A stretch of DNA of 64,000 nucleotides from an uncultured Candidatus Saccharibacteria bacterium (GCA_964598205.1 CAZRBB010000002.1:52459-116458); one strand, 5' to 3'. Shown: positions 9,402 to 19,222, numbered from the stretch's first letter. A program made the numbers and translations. The notes: generated by a model from the letters alone, not told the origin.

Positions 9402-9947
9402 ATGAAAGACTATAAAGAATACGAGCTCACTTATATTGTTTCTTTGGAAAAAGCAGAAGAAATATCGGTCGTAAAAAAAATTGTTGCCGAAATTGTAGAA
9501 AAAAATGAGGGTCAAATTGGCAGAGAAAGTGATCCCCAAAAAAGAAAGTTGGCCTGGGTAATTAAGGGTCAAAGAAATGGAATTTATATGGTTAACCGCG
9601 TAACTGTTCCGGCTGAAAACACCGCCGAAATGGAACGCCAGCTCAGAATGCAGAGCGAAGTTTTAAAGCACCTTTTAACATCTGTTTATAGACTTCCAGA
9701 CGCTAAGAAGGAAGAAGTGGAACCTTCGGTTACACAATCAGCACCAGTGGCCAAAGAAGAAGTAGAACCAGAAAAGGAAATAGTTAAGAGTTCGGTATTA
9801 GAACCAGTCATTAAGGAAGAAAAGAAAGAAGTAATAGTGGAAAAAGAAGATAAGCCAGAAAAAAAGAAAAAAGAAAAACTAACTAAACTAAAGTTCGAAG
9901 ATCTAGACAAAAAAATAGACGATATTCTAAAAGAAGACCTGATCTAA
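9402..9947 (+). CDS. rpsF: 30S ribosomal protein S6 with KE-rich C-terminal extension
   Basis: YELTYIVSLEKAEE...RKLAWVIKGQRNGIYMVNRVTVPAE is S6-like. The extra roughly 80-aa C-terminal low-complexity tail has KEEVEP repeats. It begins the rpsF-ssb-rpsR cluster. Confidence 0.85.
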   Translation: MKDYKEYELTYIVSLEKAEEISVVKKIVAEIVEKNEGQIGRESDPQKRKLAWVIKGQRNGIYMVNRVTVPAENTAEMERQLRMQSEVLKHLLTSVYRLPDAKKEEVEPSVTQSAPVAKEEVEPEKEIVKSSVLEPVIKEEKKEVIVEKEDKPEKKKKEKLTKLKFEDLDKKIDDILKEDLI

Positions 9948-9972
9948 AAATCATCAAAGCTTAAACAAAACA

Positions 9973-10452
9973 ATGAATGTAAACAAAGTCATCCTCGTAG
10001 GAAGATTAACCAAGGAGCCAGAAGCAAGAACTACTGCATCTGGTAAATCAGTCACCTCTCTTTCCTTGGCTACTAGCCAGAATTGGAAAGATGCGTCTGG
10101 TAATCGTCAAGAAAAGACCGAGTTTCACGATGTAGTGCTCTGGGGGAAGGTGGCAGAAATTGCTGCTCAGTACTTAATTAAGGGGCAAGAGGTTTATTTA
10201 GAAGGCCGGTTAGAAACTAGAAACTGGGAAGGGAAAGACGGGGTTAGAAGATACAAAACAGAAGTTGTTCTTAGTGGGCTAGACGGTAAAATGCAAATGG
10301 GATCCAAACCAAGAGGTGCAATGGGAAGCAGTGGAGAAGCGGCTGGTGGATCATTTAACAAGAAGCCTAGCTATCAAAAAGAATCTCCTGCACCAACAGA
10401 CAGCGATGAAGACGAAGAAGAAGAAATCAAGATAGAAGATATCCCCTTTTAA
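9973..10452 (+). CDS. ssb: single-stranded DNA-binding protein
   Basis: OB fold with VILVGRLTKEPEARTTASGKSV...HDVVLWGKVAEIA. Gly-rich linker. Acidic tail ending EDIPF. Confidence 0.9.
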   Translation: MNVNKVILVGRLTKEPEARTTASGKSVTSLSLATSQNWKDASGNRQEKTEFHDVVLWGKVAEIAAQYLIKGQEVYLEGRLETRNWEGKDGVRRYKTEVVLSGLDGKMQMGSKPRGAMGSSGEAAGGSFNKKPSYQKESPAPTDSDEDEEEEIKIEDIPF

Positions 10453-10526
10453 TTTTTGATTACGAATTTTTAATTTTGAATAAGAGCGTTTATAATTTTC
10501 AATTAATAATTTTGAGTTTTTGAACC

Positions 10527-10751
10527 ATGGAAAACAACCTGAGATTGCTAAAAAAAGAGTGTTACCTTTGTGAAAACAAACTAGAAAAAATAGACTACAA
10601 GGACACTAACTTATTGCAAAAATTTATTACACCTCAAGGAAAGATTAGACCACCAAGAAAAACAGCCCTTTGCGCTAAACACCAACGCTTGGTAGCAAAG
10701 ACGGTAAAACGAGCTCGCTCAATAGCTCTCTTGCCTTTTGTTAAAGACTAA
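10527..10751 (+). CDS. rpsR: 30S ribosomal protein S18
   Basis: [60 protein letters not shown]. 74 aa, downstream of ssb. Confidence 0.9.
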   Translation: MENNLRLLKKECYLCENKLEKIDYKDTNLLQKFITPQGKIRPPRKTALCAKHQRLVAKTVKRARSIALLPFVKD

Positions 10752-10907
10752 GATAAGGATTGCGTAAAAATTGAAAGCTCTGACAAATGTTTGTGTAAAT
10801 AAATCTAAAAACTTATTTGCTCTTAACTTTCCCGTGAAGGTTTTTAAAATAGATACTAATTCTAATTATTATTGGTAAATTGTTTTTGAAATTAACCTAG
10901 AAGAAAA

Positions 10908-11468
10908 ATGCTAGAAATAAAAAAAATTAGACCAGGAGATAAGCTAACTATTAAAGGTGACCCTTACGAGGTTCTAAAAACGGTTTTTTCTAAAATCGGT
11001 CGCCAGGGAGCGGTTCTTAGAACTAGATTAAAAAATCTAAAAAACGGTGCAGTTTCCAACTCTACCTTTAGAGATTCAGATAAGCTAGAAGAAGCAGATA
11101 TTTCTAGAAGCAAAGCTCAATTTCTTTACAAAGAAGAAGGCGCTTGCTGTTTTATGGATAAAAAAACTTTTGATCAATTTTCCCTAAGCGACGAAGCTTT
11201 GGGGAATCAAGTTTATTTTCTAAAAGAAGGTGGAGAGGTAGAAGTGGTTTACTATCAAGGAAAACCAATAAACTTAGACTTGCCGATTAAACTCATTTTA
11301 AAAGTCACAGAAGCTCCTCCAGAAATAAAAGGCAACACCGCCGATGGCGGTAGTAAAAAAATAAAGTTAGAAACCGGTTATGAATTGAACGCTCCTCTAT
11401 TTATTAAAGAGGGAGATTTGATCAAAGTTAATACTAGAGAAGGTAATTATGTAGAGCGAGCATCTTAA
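10908..11468 (+). CDS. efp: elongation factor P
   Basis: IRPGDKLTIKGDPYEVL plus three beta-barrel domains. The conserved loop region KNLKNGAVSNSTF is present. 186 aa. Confidence 0.85.
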   Translation: MLEIKKIRPGDKLTIKGDPYEVLKTVFSKIGRQGAVLRTRLKNLKNGAVSNSTFRDSDKLEEADISRSKAQFLYKEEGACCFMDKKTFDQFSLSDEALGNQVYFLKEGGEVEVVYYQGKPINLDLPIKLILKVTEAPPEIKGNTADGGSKKIKLETGYELNAPLFIKEGDLIKVNTREGNYVERAS

Positions 11469-11479
11469 AAGACTATTCT

Positions 11480-12541
11480 TTAAAGGCCTCTTTTAAGAGA
11501 ATAAAGACCGTCCGCTTTCTTGGAAAACAAATCAGTTCTTTGAAGATTTAAAATCACTGTTTCTGGTTTTACTTTTCTTTGTTTTAGTGTCTCTTTGAGT
11601 AAAAAATCTTTAGTAAGAGGGTTTTTGTTTTCTTTCATTATTTTTACCAAAACATCAGCAACGGTTCCTGAACTGTAGTTCCATTCTTTTAATGCGTAAA
11701 TTCCTCTACCAATTAACACAAAACGCTTATCTCTTATTAATTCATTATGTACCGTTGCTTGGCAAACTTTTTTGGAATTAAAGCCCCAGCTATTAACCTT
11801 TTCTGCCGCTTCGGAAAAATGCATTGGTCCGCCAGTTTTTTTGAATACCAAATAAATTTTATCCCTTACTCCCCTTAGTCTTATTTGAGGCCAATAACTT
11901 AGTCCCCATCTGCCTAAAATATTGGCTTCTATTTCTAAGGGAATTTCTACTAATGCCGAACACACTTCTTCTGGTAATTTACCAAATTCCTTACTTTCTT
12001 TAAGAATAGACAGGAGTTTTTTTAGGGAAACCGGTTTTTTGATTTTTAAAAGCTCGGCAATTAAATACTCTTTTAATCTTGGCAATCTGTCTAAATCTGC
12101 CCCTTTTAAATACCAGGCCTTTTTATAAAACCTTACCTTTTTAAGAGGTAGAAAATGGTTGCCGGCAGTAAGCAATAAGACTAGCGAACGCCTTTCGGTT
12201 TCGTTTAATCTCTTTTTTTTAAATTCTTTAAAAATTCTTTCTTCTCTAACTATTCCTTGGTAACTTTCTAAAAATTTAACAAGCTCCTTTAGTAAAATAA
12301 AAAGAGGTCCTTTTTTGCGACCTTCTTTTCTAATTCTTTTTAACGCTTCGTTTTCTATTTGACGAACTCTTTCTCTGGTAATTAAAAAATCAGAACCAAT
12401 CGCTTCTAAGGTTTCTGGTGCGCTTTCTTTTAAACCAAAACGCCGCTCAACTATTTCTTGAGTTCTAATGTTGGGGATTCTTTGAATAGCCGAGAAAATA
12501 CTCTCCACAATTAGGGGATTTTTCTTTAAAGCGGTAGCCAT
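11480..12541 (-). CDS. sigma-70 region 4-like HTH domain protein with a roughly 270-aa uncharacterized C-terminal domain
   Basis: The N-terminal sequence ETLEAIGSDFLITRERVRQIENEALKRIRKE is a classic sigma-70 region 4 HTH signature. No sigma region 2 was recognised. The rest has no recognisable motifs. Confidence 0.5.
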   Translation of the reverse strand: MATALKKNPLIVESIFSAIQRIPNIRTQEIVERRFGLKESAPETLEAIGSDFLITRERVRQIENEALKRIRKEGRKKGPLFILLKELVKFLESYQGIVREERIFKEFKKKRLNETERRSLVLLLTAGNHFLPLKKVRFYKKAWYLKGADLDRLPRLKEYLIAELLKIKKPVSLKKLLSILKESKEFGKLPEEVCSALVEIPLEIEANILGRWGLSYWPQIRLRGVRDKIYLVFKKTGGPMHFSEAAEKVNSWGFNSKKVCQATVHNELIRDKRFVLIGRGIYALKEWNYSSGTVADVLVKIMKENKNPLTKDFLLKETLKQRKVKPETVILNLQRTDLFSKKADGLYSLKRGL

Positions 12542-12635
12542 TAATTTAGATTTTTTCTTATAAAAACAAAAACCTCGAATGAGGCTTAATACAATAACAG
12601 TAAAAGCTTATTATGTCAAGACAAAGGGCCTTCTT

Positions 12636-13706
12636 TTAGTGAGAGCTCCGAAAAACCTTTTGCGCTTCTTCCCAAAACTCTGGACGATTATGTTTTTCTT
12701 TTAACCAGTACCACCACTCTGCTCCCCAAAGATAGACTTCTGGGAACCCCACCTCTTCGGCGTACTCTATATTTTCTTTGAATTGAGCAAAACTCATTGA
12801 TTTTTCCTGCTCTTCTAGTGGAGTTTCGTAGGGTTGTTTTGGCCCCCAACTCTCCCCTTGTAATTCAATAACAATGATTGGCTTTTTGGGATAAAGAATT
12901 CGCACTAAATTGGCCTTGGCCCAAAAGAAGCGAGGTGGCAATGGATATTTAAAGTGCCCCCAATAATCATTCCAAATAACCCGATACATAGTAGTCCCAA
13001 AAATATCTCCCCTTTTGGCGGCAGGAATCCAGGTGCTCAATTCGCCACTGTCGGTGACTAAAATTTTTCTTTCGGGATCATGCTTTCTTACTAGGTCAAT
13101 TTCTTTGTCTAAAAATTTTACATCTAGTGGCGGACATTCCCCGAATTTTAAGAAAGGCTCATTTTCTACCTGCCAATAGTGGAGATTGGAATAATTTTTG
13201 TAACGATCAACTGTTTTAGAAATTAGATCCAAAACTTTAGATTGTTGCATTGATTCATTTTCTTTTTGGGCCCAAGAAGGAACATGACATTCTGGCCAAC
13301 GAGGAGTTTTTCGCCCAACTACCAAGACTACTTTTATTTTTCTATCTCTAGCTTCTTTAAGCATCCAGTCGTAATCGGAGAAATTATAAGCACCCGGTTC
13401 TTTTTCTACCGATGACCAGTAAACCGGGATTCTTACAAACCTAGGCTTTAGCTCGTCTAGGATAGCCAAATAGGTTTTTTGCCAATCAAGATCCGATAAT
13501 TCGGCAAAAGTGGGAGAAAAGGTTATTCCCCAGCGAATCTCTTCGGCTGGGACAAGCCAGCTCGGTCTCCTGGTCATCCAGCCTCCAACCAACAACACAA
13601 AAACAAGAAGAAAGAAAAAGATTTTTTTTCCGCTTCTCTTTTTGGGAATTTCTTCTTCGTCTATAATTTCCTGCTCTTCCTCTTTTTTCTTTTTTTTCTT
13701 CTTCAT
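12636..13706 (-). CDS. membrane-anchored glycoside hydrolase, clan GH-A-like (GH5/GH42-like TIM barrel)
   Basis: Poly-Lys N-terminus followed by a TM anchor, then an extracytoplasmic domain. YWQVENEP is a catalytic acid/base NEP motif typical of clan GH-A. Confidence 0.5.
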   Translation of the reverse strand: MKKKKKKKEEEQEIIDEEEIPKKRSGKKIFFFLLVFVLLVGGWMTRRPSWLVPAEEIRWGITFSPTFAELSDLDWQKTYLAILDELKPRFVRIPVYWSSVEKEPGAYNFSDYDWMLKEARDRKIKVVLVVGRKTPRWPECHVPSWAQKENESMQQSKVLDLISKTVDRYKNYSNLHYWQVENEPFLKFGECPPLDVKFLDKEIDLVRKHDPERKILVTDSGELSTWIPAAKRGDIFGTTMYRVIWNDYWGHFKYPLPPRFFWAKANLVRILYPKKPIIVIELQGESWGPKQPYETPLEEQEKSMSFAQFKENIEYAEEVGFPEVYLWGAEWWYWLKEKHNRPEFWEEAQKVFRSSH

Positions 13707-13727
13707 TTTTTTGTTTGAATAAAACAG

Positions 13728-14990
13728 TTAGAGATAGAAGCCATTATTTTGGGCAATCTTTCCATAAACTAAAGCACTTTTTCTAACGGTGCGTTTTTGT
13801 GTTTTATAATCTACAGCTACTAAGCCAAATCGCGTCCAAAAACCCTTATCCCATTCAAAATTATCTAAAAAAGACCAATAGAAATAGCCCCTCACCGGAA
13901 CTCCTTCTTTGATTGCTTTATTGATCCAGTAAAGATGGTCTTTAATAAAACGAGTTCGTTTTTGATCAAAAGCGTCGGCTAAACCGTTTTCTGTAATGTA
14001 GATTGGTAGTTTATATTTTTTTAAATCCATTAAGACTCGGTAAATTCCTTTGGGATAAATCTCCCAACCCATGTCTGACCCCTTGGGAAAAACATTCTTC
14101 TTTTGAACATTAAAAGAAGAAACCAAAAAACGAAAGTAATATTGAACTGCCAAAAAATCTCCCCTAAAGGAGCGGATAAAAATTTCGTTACCCAAAAATT
14201 TAAAGAATCGCGTTAAAAGACGGGCCTTAATGGAAGTTGAAGGAGACGGCTCCCAACAACCTAAATTATGAGAAGTGGCTACCAGTGAATGCTGATTATT
14301 TTGATGAATTAATTTGTAGGCTTGCCAGTGAGCTTTTTTTAAATTATTAAACGCCTTAATTAAGCTAAGCAAATTTCTTTTTTGGTTAGGCCACTCTCCC
14401 CTACCACCAAACCCTTTAGCAAGAACTATCCCTGGCTCATTAAAAATAAGCCAATAAGAACAATAATTGCCCAAATGCTTTAAGACAAAAGCGGTATATT
14501 GGGAAAAATATTTTACAAAATGAGGATTTTCTAAACCACCTTTTTGGGAGAGCCATTGCGGTATTGTCCAGTGGCAAAGGGTAATCCAAGGTTCAATACC
14601 TTTTTGGGAAAGGCTTTTTAAGATTTCTTGGTAATGCTTAACGGCTTTGATGCTGAATTTATTTTCTTTAGGCATTAAACGCGACCATTCCAAGGAAAGT
14701 CGATAAGCTTTTAAATTAAGATCTTTCATTAAAGAAAAATCTTCTTCAAATTTTTGATAATGGTCAGTTGCTACCCCTGAGCAATAGTTAGCAGGATCTT
14801 TTATTTTGGGAAATTTTTCTAGTTGCTCTTTTTTAAATTCTTTACCGGCCTCCCTGGCTAATCGGTCAGTGTTTTCTTTTTCCCAAAAAGACCAGTCATT
14901 ATTCTCTCCGCCTTCTATTTGATAAGCAGAAGTGGCGCTCCCCCATAAAAAATCAACGGGAAATTCAATTTTATTTTTAGAATGGCGCAT
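13728..14990 (-). CDS. GH1 family beta-glucosidase/beta-galactosidase
   Basis: FPVDFLWGSATSAYQIEGG N-terminal signature. IFNEPGIV (acid/base) and YITENGLA (nucleophile) motifs. 420 aa with no signal peptide. Confidence 0.85.
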   Translation of the reverse strand: MRHSKNKIEFPVDFLWGSATSAYQIEGGENNDWSFWEKENTDRLAREAGKEFKKEQLEKFPKIKDPANYCSGVATDHYQKFEEDFSLMKDLNLKAYRLSLEWSRLMPKENKFSIKAVKHYQEILKSLSQKGIEPWITLCHWTIPQWLSQKGGLENPHFVKYFSQYTAFVLKHLGNYCSYWLIFNEPGIVLAKGFGGRGEWPNQKRNLLSLIKAFNNLKKAHWQAYKLIHQNNQHSLVATSHNLGCWEPSPSTSIKARLLTRFFKFLGNEIFIRSFRGDFLAVQYYFRFLVSSFNVQKKNVFPKGSDMGWEIYPKGIYRVLMDLKKYKLPIYITENGLADAFDQKRTRFIKDHLYWINKAIKEGVPVRGYFYWSFLDNFEWDKGFWTRFGLVAVDYKTQKRTVRKSALVYGKIAQNNGFYL

Positions 14991-14996
14991 AAAAGG

Positions 14997-16163
14997 TTAG
15001 TTTAGGCTTTCTGCCAAGGAGTTGTATTCCTTAACTAATCGATTGTACTGGGTCACTTCTTGATTATAGGTACTGACTGATTTTTGAACACTAAGAGAAA
15101 GTTCGTTATATTCGCCAACCAATTGATTATAATTTTCAAAATCGTTGCGTGCTTTATATTCGCTTAGCTTTTCTCCTAATTTTTTTAGCTGATCTTCTAG
15201 GCGACTGGTCTCCTTCTTTAAGGCTTCTAGTTCTTTTTTGTTTTTTTCTAAAGTATTGCCGGTAAATTGAAGCTGATTGATTTGTTCTATGGTGATCGCT
15301 ATTCTGGAATAAGTTTTTCCTTGTGAAATCTGATAAATTTTTGGATCTTCTAGTTTTTTATATTTTTCTTCGGAAAGATTGCCAGGAAAGCCAGAAGAAG
15401 AGAGTGCCTGATTATTCTCTGAGCTAAGGTAGGGAACGATCCCAATCTTATGACCAGAAGAAGTGGTTTCGGTAAAACAAAAACCACTTTTCTCTGTAGA
15501 ATATTCTTGGGGACATTTTATTCCGACCGCCATATGATTGGCTTTATCGTATTCCAAGAGAGCAACGGAATACCCTAGCTCCCTAACAATCCTCCAAAGA
15601 AGAAAACTTTTATCGGAACAAATCCCCTTCTTTTGATAAAGCACTTCGTAAGGATAATGGGGCTTTTCTTCTTTATTTTCGGAAAGCACTTTGGCGGCAG
15701 TTGCTTCGTCGTAAGGAATTGCTTGAACAAAAGCTACTGCAAGTTCTAGCGTTTCTTCTTCTTTTAAATTATTTTTTTGAGCTAAGCTCTTTAGATTGTT
15801 AACTAGCTCTTTAATGGAGTCATCGCCATTAATGGAACGGATAAAAATGCCATAGTAGTTTTCTTCCCAGCCCAAGGGGAGTTCTCCTAAATAGTAAAAA
15901 GATTTTTCCTGATTAACAAAAAATTGATAAGTCGATTCGTAAAAAGTTTGAGTAAAGTTGTAAAGCTTTCCAGCATAGGACCATTCAAAATAGACTTGAT
16001 GGGGGGTTTTTGGGAAGGGGGCAACGGTGCTGGCTAATTTCTTTTGGTAAACAAGCTCTTGAATACCAGAGAAAGCGCTCGGATTAAAAACAAATTCTAA
16101 GGTCAAGAAGCAAAGAACTAGGGAAAAGAGGTAAAAAGAAAAACGAAGGATTTTTTTAAACAT
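14997..16163 (-). CDS. secreted transglutaminase-like cysteine peptidase domain protein with C-terminal coiled coil
   Basis: N-terminal signal/TM segment. GICSDKSFLLWRIVRELGYSVALLEYDKANHMAVGI matches the transglutaminase-like Cys...His core. The C-terminal roughly 100 aa are a coiled coil. Confidence 0.5.
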   Translation of the reverse strand: MFKKILRFSFYLFSLVLCFLTLEFVFNPSAFSGIQELVYQKKLASTVAPFPKTPHQVYFEWSYAGKLYNFTQTFYESTYQFFVNQEKSFYYLGELPLGWEENYYGIFIRSINGDDSIKELVNNLKSLAQKNNLKEEETLELAVAFVQAIPYDEATAAKVLSENKEEKPHYPYEVLYQKKGICSDKSFLLWRIVRELGYSVALLEYDKANHMAVGIKCPQEYSTEKSGFCFTETTSSGHKIGIVPYLSSENNQALSSSGFPGNLSEEKYKKLEDPKIYQISQGKTYSRIAITIEQINQLQFTGNTLEKNKKELEALKKETSRLEDQLKKLGEKLSEYKARNDFENYNQLVGEYNELSLSVQKSVSTYNQEVTQYNRLVKEYNSLAESLN

Positions 16164-16316
16164 ATTGGCTGATTCTATTTACTATTTTTTTTTATATGCT
16201 AGAATTTATTTGCCTAGTAACAAGTAATTGTTCAATAGGCAATCTAGGATCGTAGAGACCAAAGGAGCAAATGACCTCCCTCAGGATTTTTAATCCTTCT
16301 CTCTACGATCCTTTTT

Positions 16317-18809
16317 TCAAATTACTAAATTCAACACTCTTCCTTTTAGGTAAATCGTTTTTTTAATCTTGCTACTCCCAATAAACTTTTTTATTTTAAG
16401 ATCGGCAAGGGCCAAGCTCAAGGCCTCTTCTTCGCTGGTTTCTGTGGCCATTAAAAGAAGAGATCGCATTTTTCCGTTAATTTGAACTACTAACTTTACC
16501 TCTTTCTCTAAAAGAAAAGCAGGATCGGCCTTAGGCCAAGAAGTTTTAAAAACGGAATCTTTTTCTCCTAACAAATGCCAGAATTCTTCTGCTAAGTGAG
16601 GAGCAAAGGGACCAATCAAAACTGCCAGCGTTTTACAAAAACCCAAAGTTTGGGCAACAGAAAGGTTGGCACCATCTTTGTAGTACCAATTAACCAGCTC
16701 CATAATTTTGGCAATGGCCGTATTGAATCTTAGTTCTAAAAGTTCGGTAGTAACCCCTTTAATTGTTTTATGAAAGAAGGTTGCATTGGGCAATGTTGCA
16801 GTTTTGGGATCCGTTTTTTTGCCTGATTGATTAGCTAAAAATTCTTCGTAAATTCTAAAAACTCTTTTTAGGAACCTAGAAATACCAGCAATCCCGGCGT
16901 CTTTCCAATCGCCACCTTGCCGAACATCTCCTAAAAACATTAGGTACATGCGGACGCTATCGGCACCGAATTTTTCTAAATATTCATCTGGATTAACTAC
17001 ATTGCCTTTAGATTTGCTCATTTTGGCACCATCCTTAATTACCAAACCGTGACCAAAAAATCTTTTAAATGGTTCTTCGAATTCGCAATAGCCAAAATCA
17101 TAAAGCACCATTGTGATAAAACGAGAATACAGTAAGTGAAGAACGGTATGTTCCTTACCGCCAATATACATATCAATTGGCATCCACTTTTTAATCATTT
17201 CCTTGTTTAAGGCCTCTTTTTTGTTTTCGGTGCTTAAGTAGCGAAAAAAATACCAAGCCGAATCTACAAAGGGATCAGAAACATCGGTTTCTCGTTGGGC
17301 TTTGCCACCACAAGTAGGACAAATTGTGTTTACAAAATCGGGGACTTTATTGAGCGGTCCTTTTCCGGAACCGTCTGGATGAAAATCTTCTAGATTGGGT
17401 AATTCTACTGGTAAATCTTTTTCTGGTACTGGCACCCAACCGCATTTTTTGCAGTGGATCATGGGAATTGGTGGTCCCCAATATCGTTGCCGAGAAACAC
17501 ACCAGTCTCGGAGTTTATAGTCGATTGATTTTTGGCCACAATTATTTTCTCCTAACCAAGTAATAATTTTTTTCTTGGCCTTTTTAGTTTCTAGTCCGTT
17601 TAAGAAACCGGAATTAATAGCTATCCCCTCCCCACTAAAAACTGCTTTTTGTTCTTGGGATTGTTGATTTTTAGAAGTTGTTTCTTCTACCACCGTAATG
17701 ATTGGTAGCTTATATTTCTGGGCAAAATCCCAATCTCGTTCATCGTGGGCGGGAACGGCCATGATTGCTCCAGTGCCATAACCAGAAAGAACATAGTCAG
17801 CTACAAAAATGGGAATTTCTTTTTGATTCACTGGATTAACTGCCAAAACCCCATCTAGCAATACGCCAGTTTTTATTTTCTCTCCGCTTTTTCTTTCTTG
17901 TTCAGTCTTTTTTAAGGAAGTTTCTAAATATTTTTCTACAGCCTTTTTGTTCTTTAGTGCTGGCAATAATTCCTGAATTAAAGAATGTTCTGGCGAAAGC
18001 ACTAAGTAAGTTGCCCCAAACAAAGTGTCTGGCCGGGTAGTGAAGACGGTAATTTTTGGATTTTTATCTTTAAGCTGATCCTTGGCTTTATTTCGAAATT
18101 CAAAATTGGAAATTTGAAATTCAACAAGCGCTCCTTCGGATCGGCCAATCCAATTTTTTTGATTTAGGGCTACGTCACTCGGCCAATTGATCCATTCTAA
18201 ATTTTTAAGCAACCGATCGGCATATTTAGTAATAGCAAAAAACCATTGTTCGGCTTTTTTCCGTTCTACAAAACTATCGCAACGCTCACAACGACCGGCA
18301 ATTACCTGTTCATCGGAAAGGACTGTTTTACAACTAGGGCACCAATTGACCGGCGACTTTTTGCGGTAAGCCAAGTCTTTTTGATACATCTTTAAAAAAA
18401 GCCACTGAGTAAACTGGTAATAGTCTTTGGAATAAGTTTCTAGGTGACGATTCGGATCATATTGATTGCCAATTAAGCCTAGTTGCCCGTAAAACTTTTT
18501 TTCTGTCCGAGCCGAAACGACTTTAATATGTTCCTTGATTTTAATGGCGTAATTTTCACTGTGAATACCAAAACCATCCAAGCCAATCGGTTCAAATACC
18601 GAATATCCCTGAAGTCTTTGAAATCGTCCCCAAGCGTCAGAATGCACAAAAGCGTAAACATTGCCTACATGCAAGCCTTCGGCCGAAGGGTAGGGAAACA
18701 TCATTAAGTTGTAGTAGGGGTTTTTGGCTTTTTCTAAATCTGGAGAATAGAGCTGTGTTTTTTGCCAATAATCCCGCCAATGCGCTTCTATCTTTTGGTG
18801 ATCGTACAT
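16317..18809 (-). CDS. leuS: leucine--tRNA ligase
   Basis: Class I HVGN variant (GLHVGNVYAF) and KMSKSKGN. Zn-binding Cys clusters and CP1 editing-domain length. 830 aa. Confidence 0.9.
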   Translation of the reverse strand: MYDHQKIEAHWRDYWQKTQLYSPDLEKAKNPYYNLMMFPYPSAEGLHVGNVYAFVHSDAWGRFQRLQGYSVFEPIGLDGFGIHSENYAIKIKEHIKVVSARTEKKFYGQLGLIGNQYDPNRHLETYSKDYYQFTQWLFLKMYQKDLAYRKKSPVNWCPSCKTVLSDEQVIAGRCERCDSFVERKKAEQWFFAITKYADRLLKNLEWINWPSDVALNQKNWIGRSEGALVEFQISNFEFRNKAKDQLKDKNPKITVFTTRPDTLFGATYLVLSPEHSLIQELLPALKNKKAVEKYLETSLKKTEQERKSGEKIKTGVLLDGVLAVNPVNQKEIPIFVADYVLSGYGTGAIMAVPAHDERDWDFAQKYKLPIITVVEETTSKNQQSQEQKAVFSGEGIAINSGFLNGLETKKAKKKIITWLGENNCGQKSIDYKLRDWCVSRQRYWGPPIPMIHCKKCGWVPVPEKDLPVELPNLEDFHPDGSGKGPLNKVPDFVNTICPTCGGKAQRETDVSDPFVDSAWYFFRYLSTENKKEALNKEMIKKWMPIDMYIGGKEHTVLHLLYSRFITMVLYDFGYCEFEEPFKRFFGHGLVIKDGAKMSKSKGNVVNPDEYLEKFGADSVRMYLMFLGDVRQGGDWKDAGIAGISRFLKRVFRIYEEFLANQSGKKTDPKTATLPNATFFHKTIKGVTTELLELRFNTAIAKIMELVNWYYKDGANLSVAQTLGFCKTLAVLIGPFAPHLAEEFWHLLGEKDSVFKTSWPKADPAFLLEKEVKLVVQINGKMRSLLLMATETSEEEALSLALADLKIKKFIGSSKIKKTIYLKGRVLNLVI

Positions 18810-18890
18810 GAAAAGAAAAATAATTTACTTCCTTTAAAATAGCAAAAAGGGAAGGAAAAGAAAGGGGGGCGTTTCTATTGCTACTGCTTT

Positions 18891-19043
18891 AATTCAAATT
18901 ATAGATAACTTTTATTGGGGGACTCTCGATTTTTTCCTGCGAAAAATCTCGCTAGAATATTGAAAAAATTTCCAAAATATATTTTGGAACCAAGCAATTT
19001 TTTCAATATACTCCCCCAATAAAAGTTATCTACAATTTGAATT
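18891..19043. repeat. nested palindromic intergenic element B (31-nt terminal inverted repeats, 1 mismatch)
   Basis: AATTCAAATTATAGATAACTTTTATTGGGGG (18891-18921) pairs with CCCCCAATAAAAGTTATCTACAATTTGAATT (19013-19043). Internal palindromes include CCAAAATATATTTTGG and ATATTGAAAAAATT/AATTTTTTCAATAT. Located upstream of leuS. Confidence 0.6.
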
Positions 19044-19091
19044 ATTTTTCCTTGCGAATAGGACTCTGCTTGGGAAGACGATAAATAAATT

Positions 19092-19125
19092 AAGAGGGTG
19101 TCTTCCGAAGAAGAACACCCTCTTG
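19092..19125 (-). terminator. hairpin terminator-like element downstream of the Cys-rich gene / ABC operon
   Basis: AAGAGGGTGTCTTC-CGAA-GAAGAACACCCTCTT is a 14-bp stem. On the minus strand it is followed by AATTTATTTAT. Confidence 0.45.
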
Positions 19126-19222
19126 TGTTGTGCCAAATTATTGGCGAATTTACGCCTTGGACTTATTGGCTAAAAATTTTTTCCGAAAAAGAGCATTTTT
19201 TGTTTTAAGAAGTTGGCAGTAA

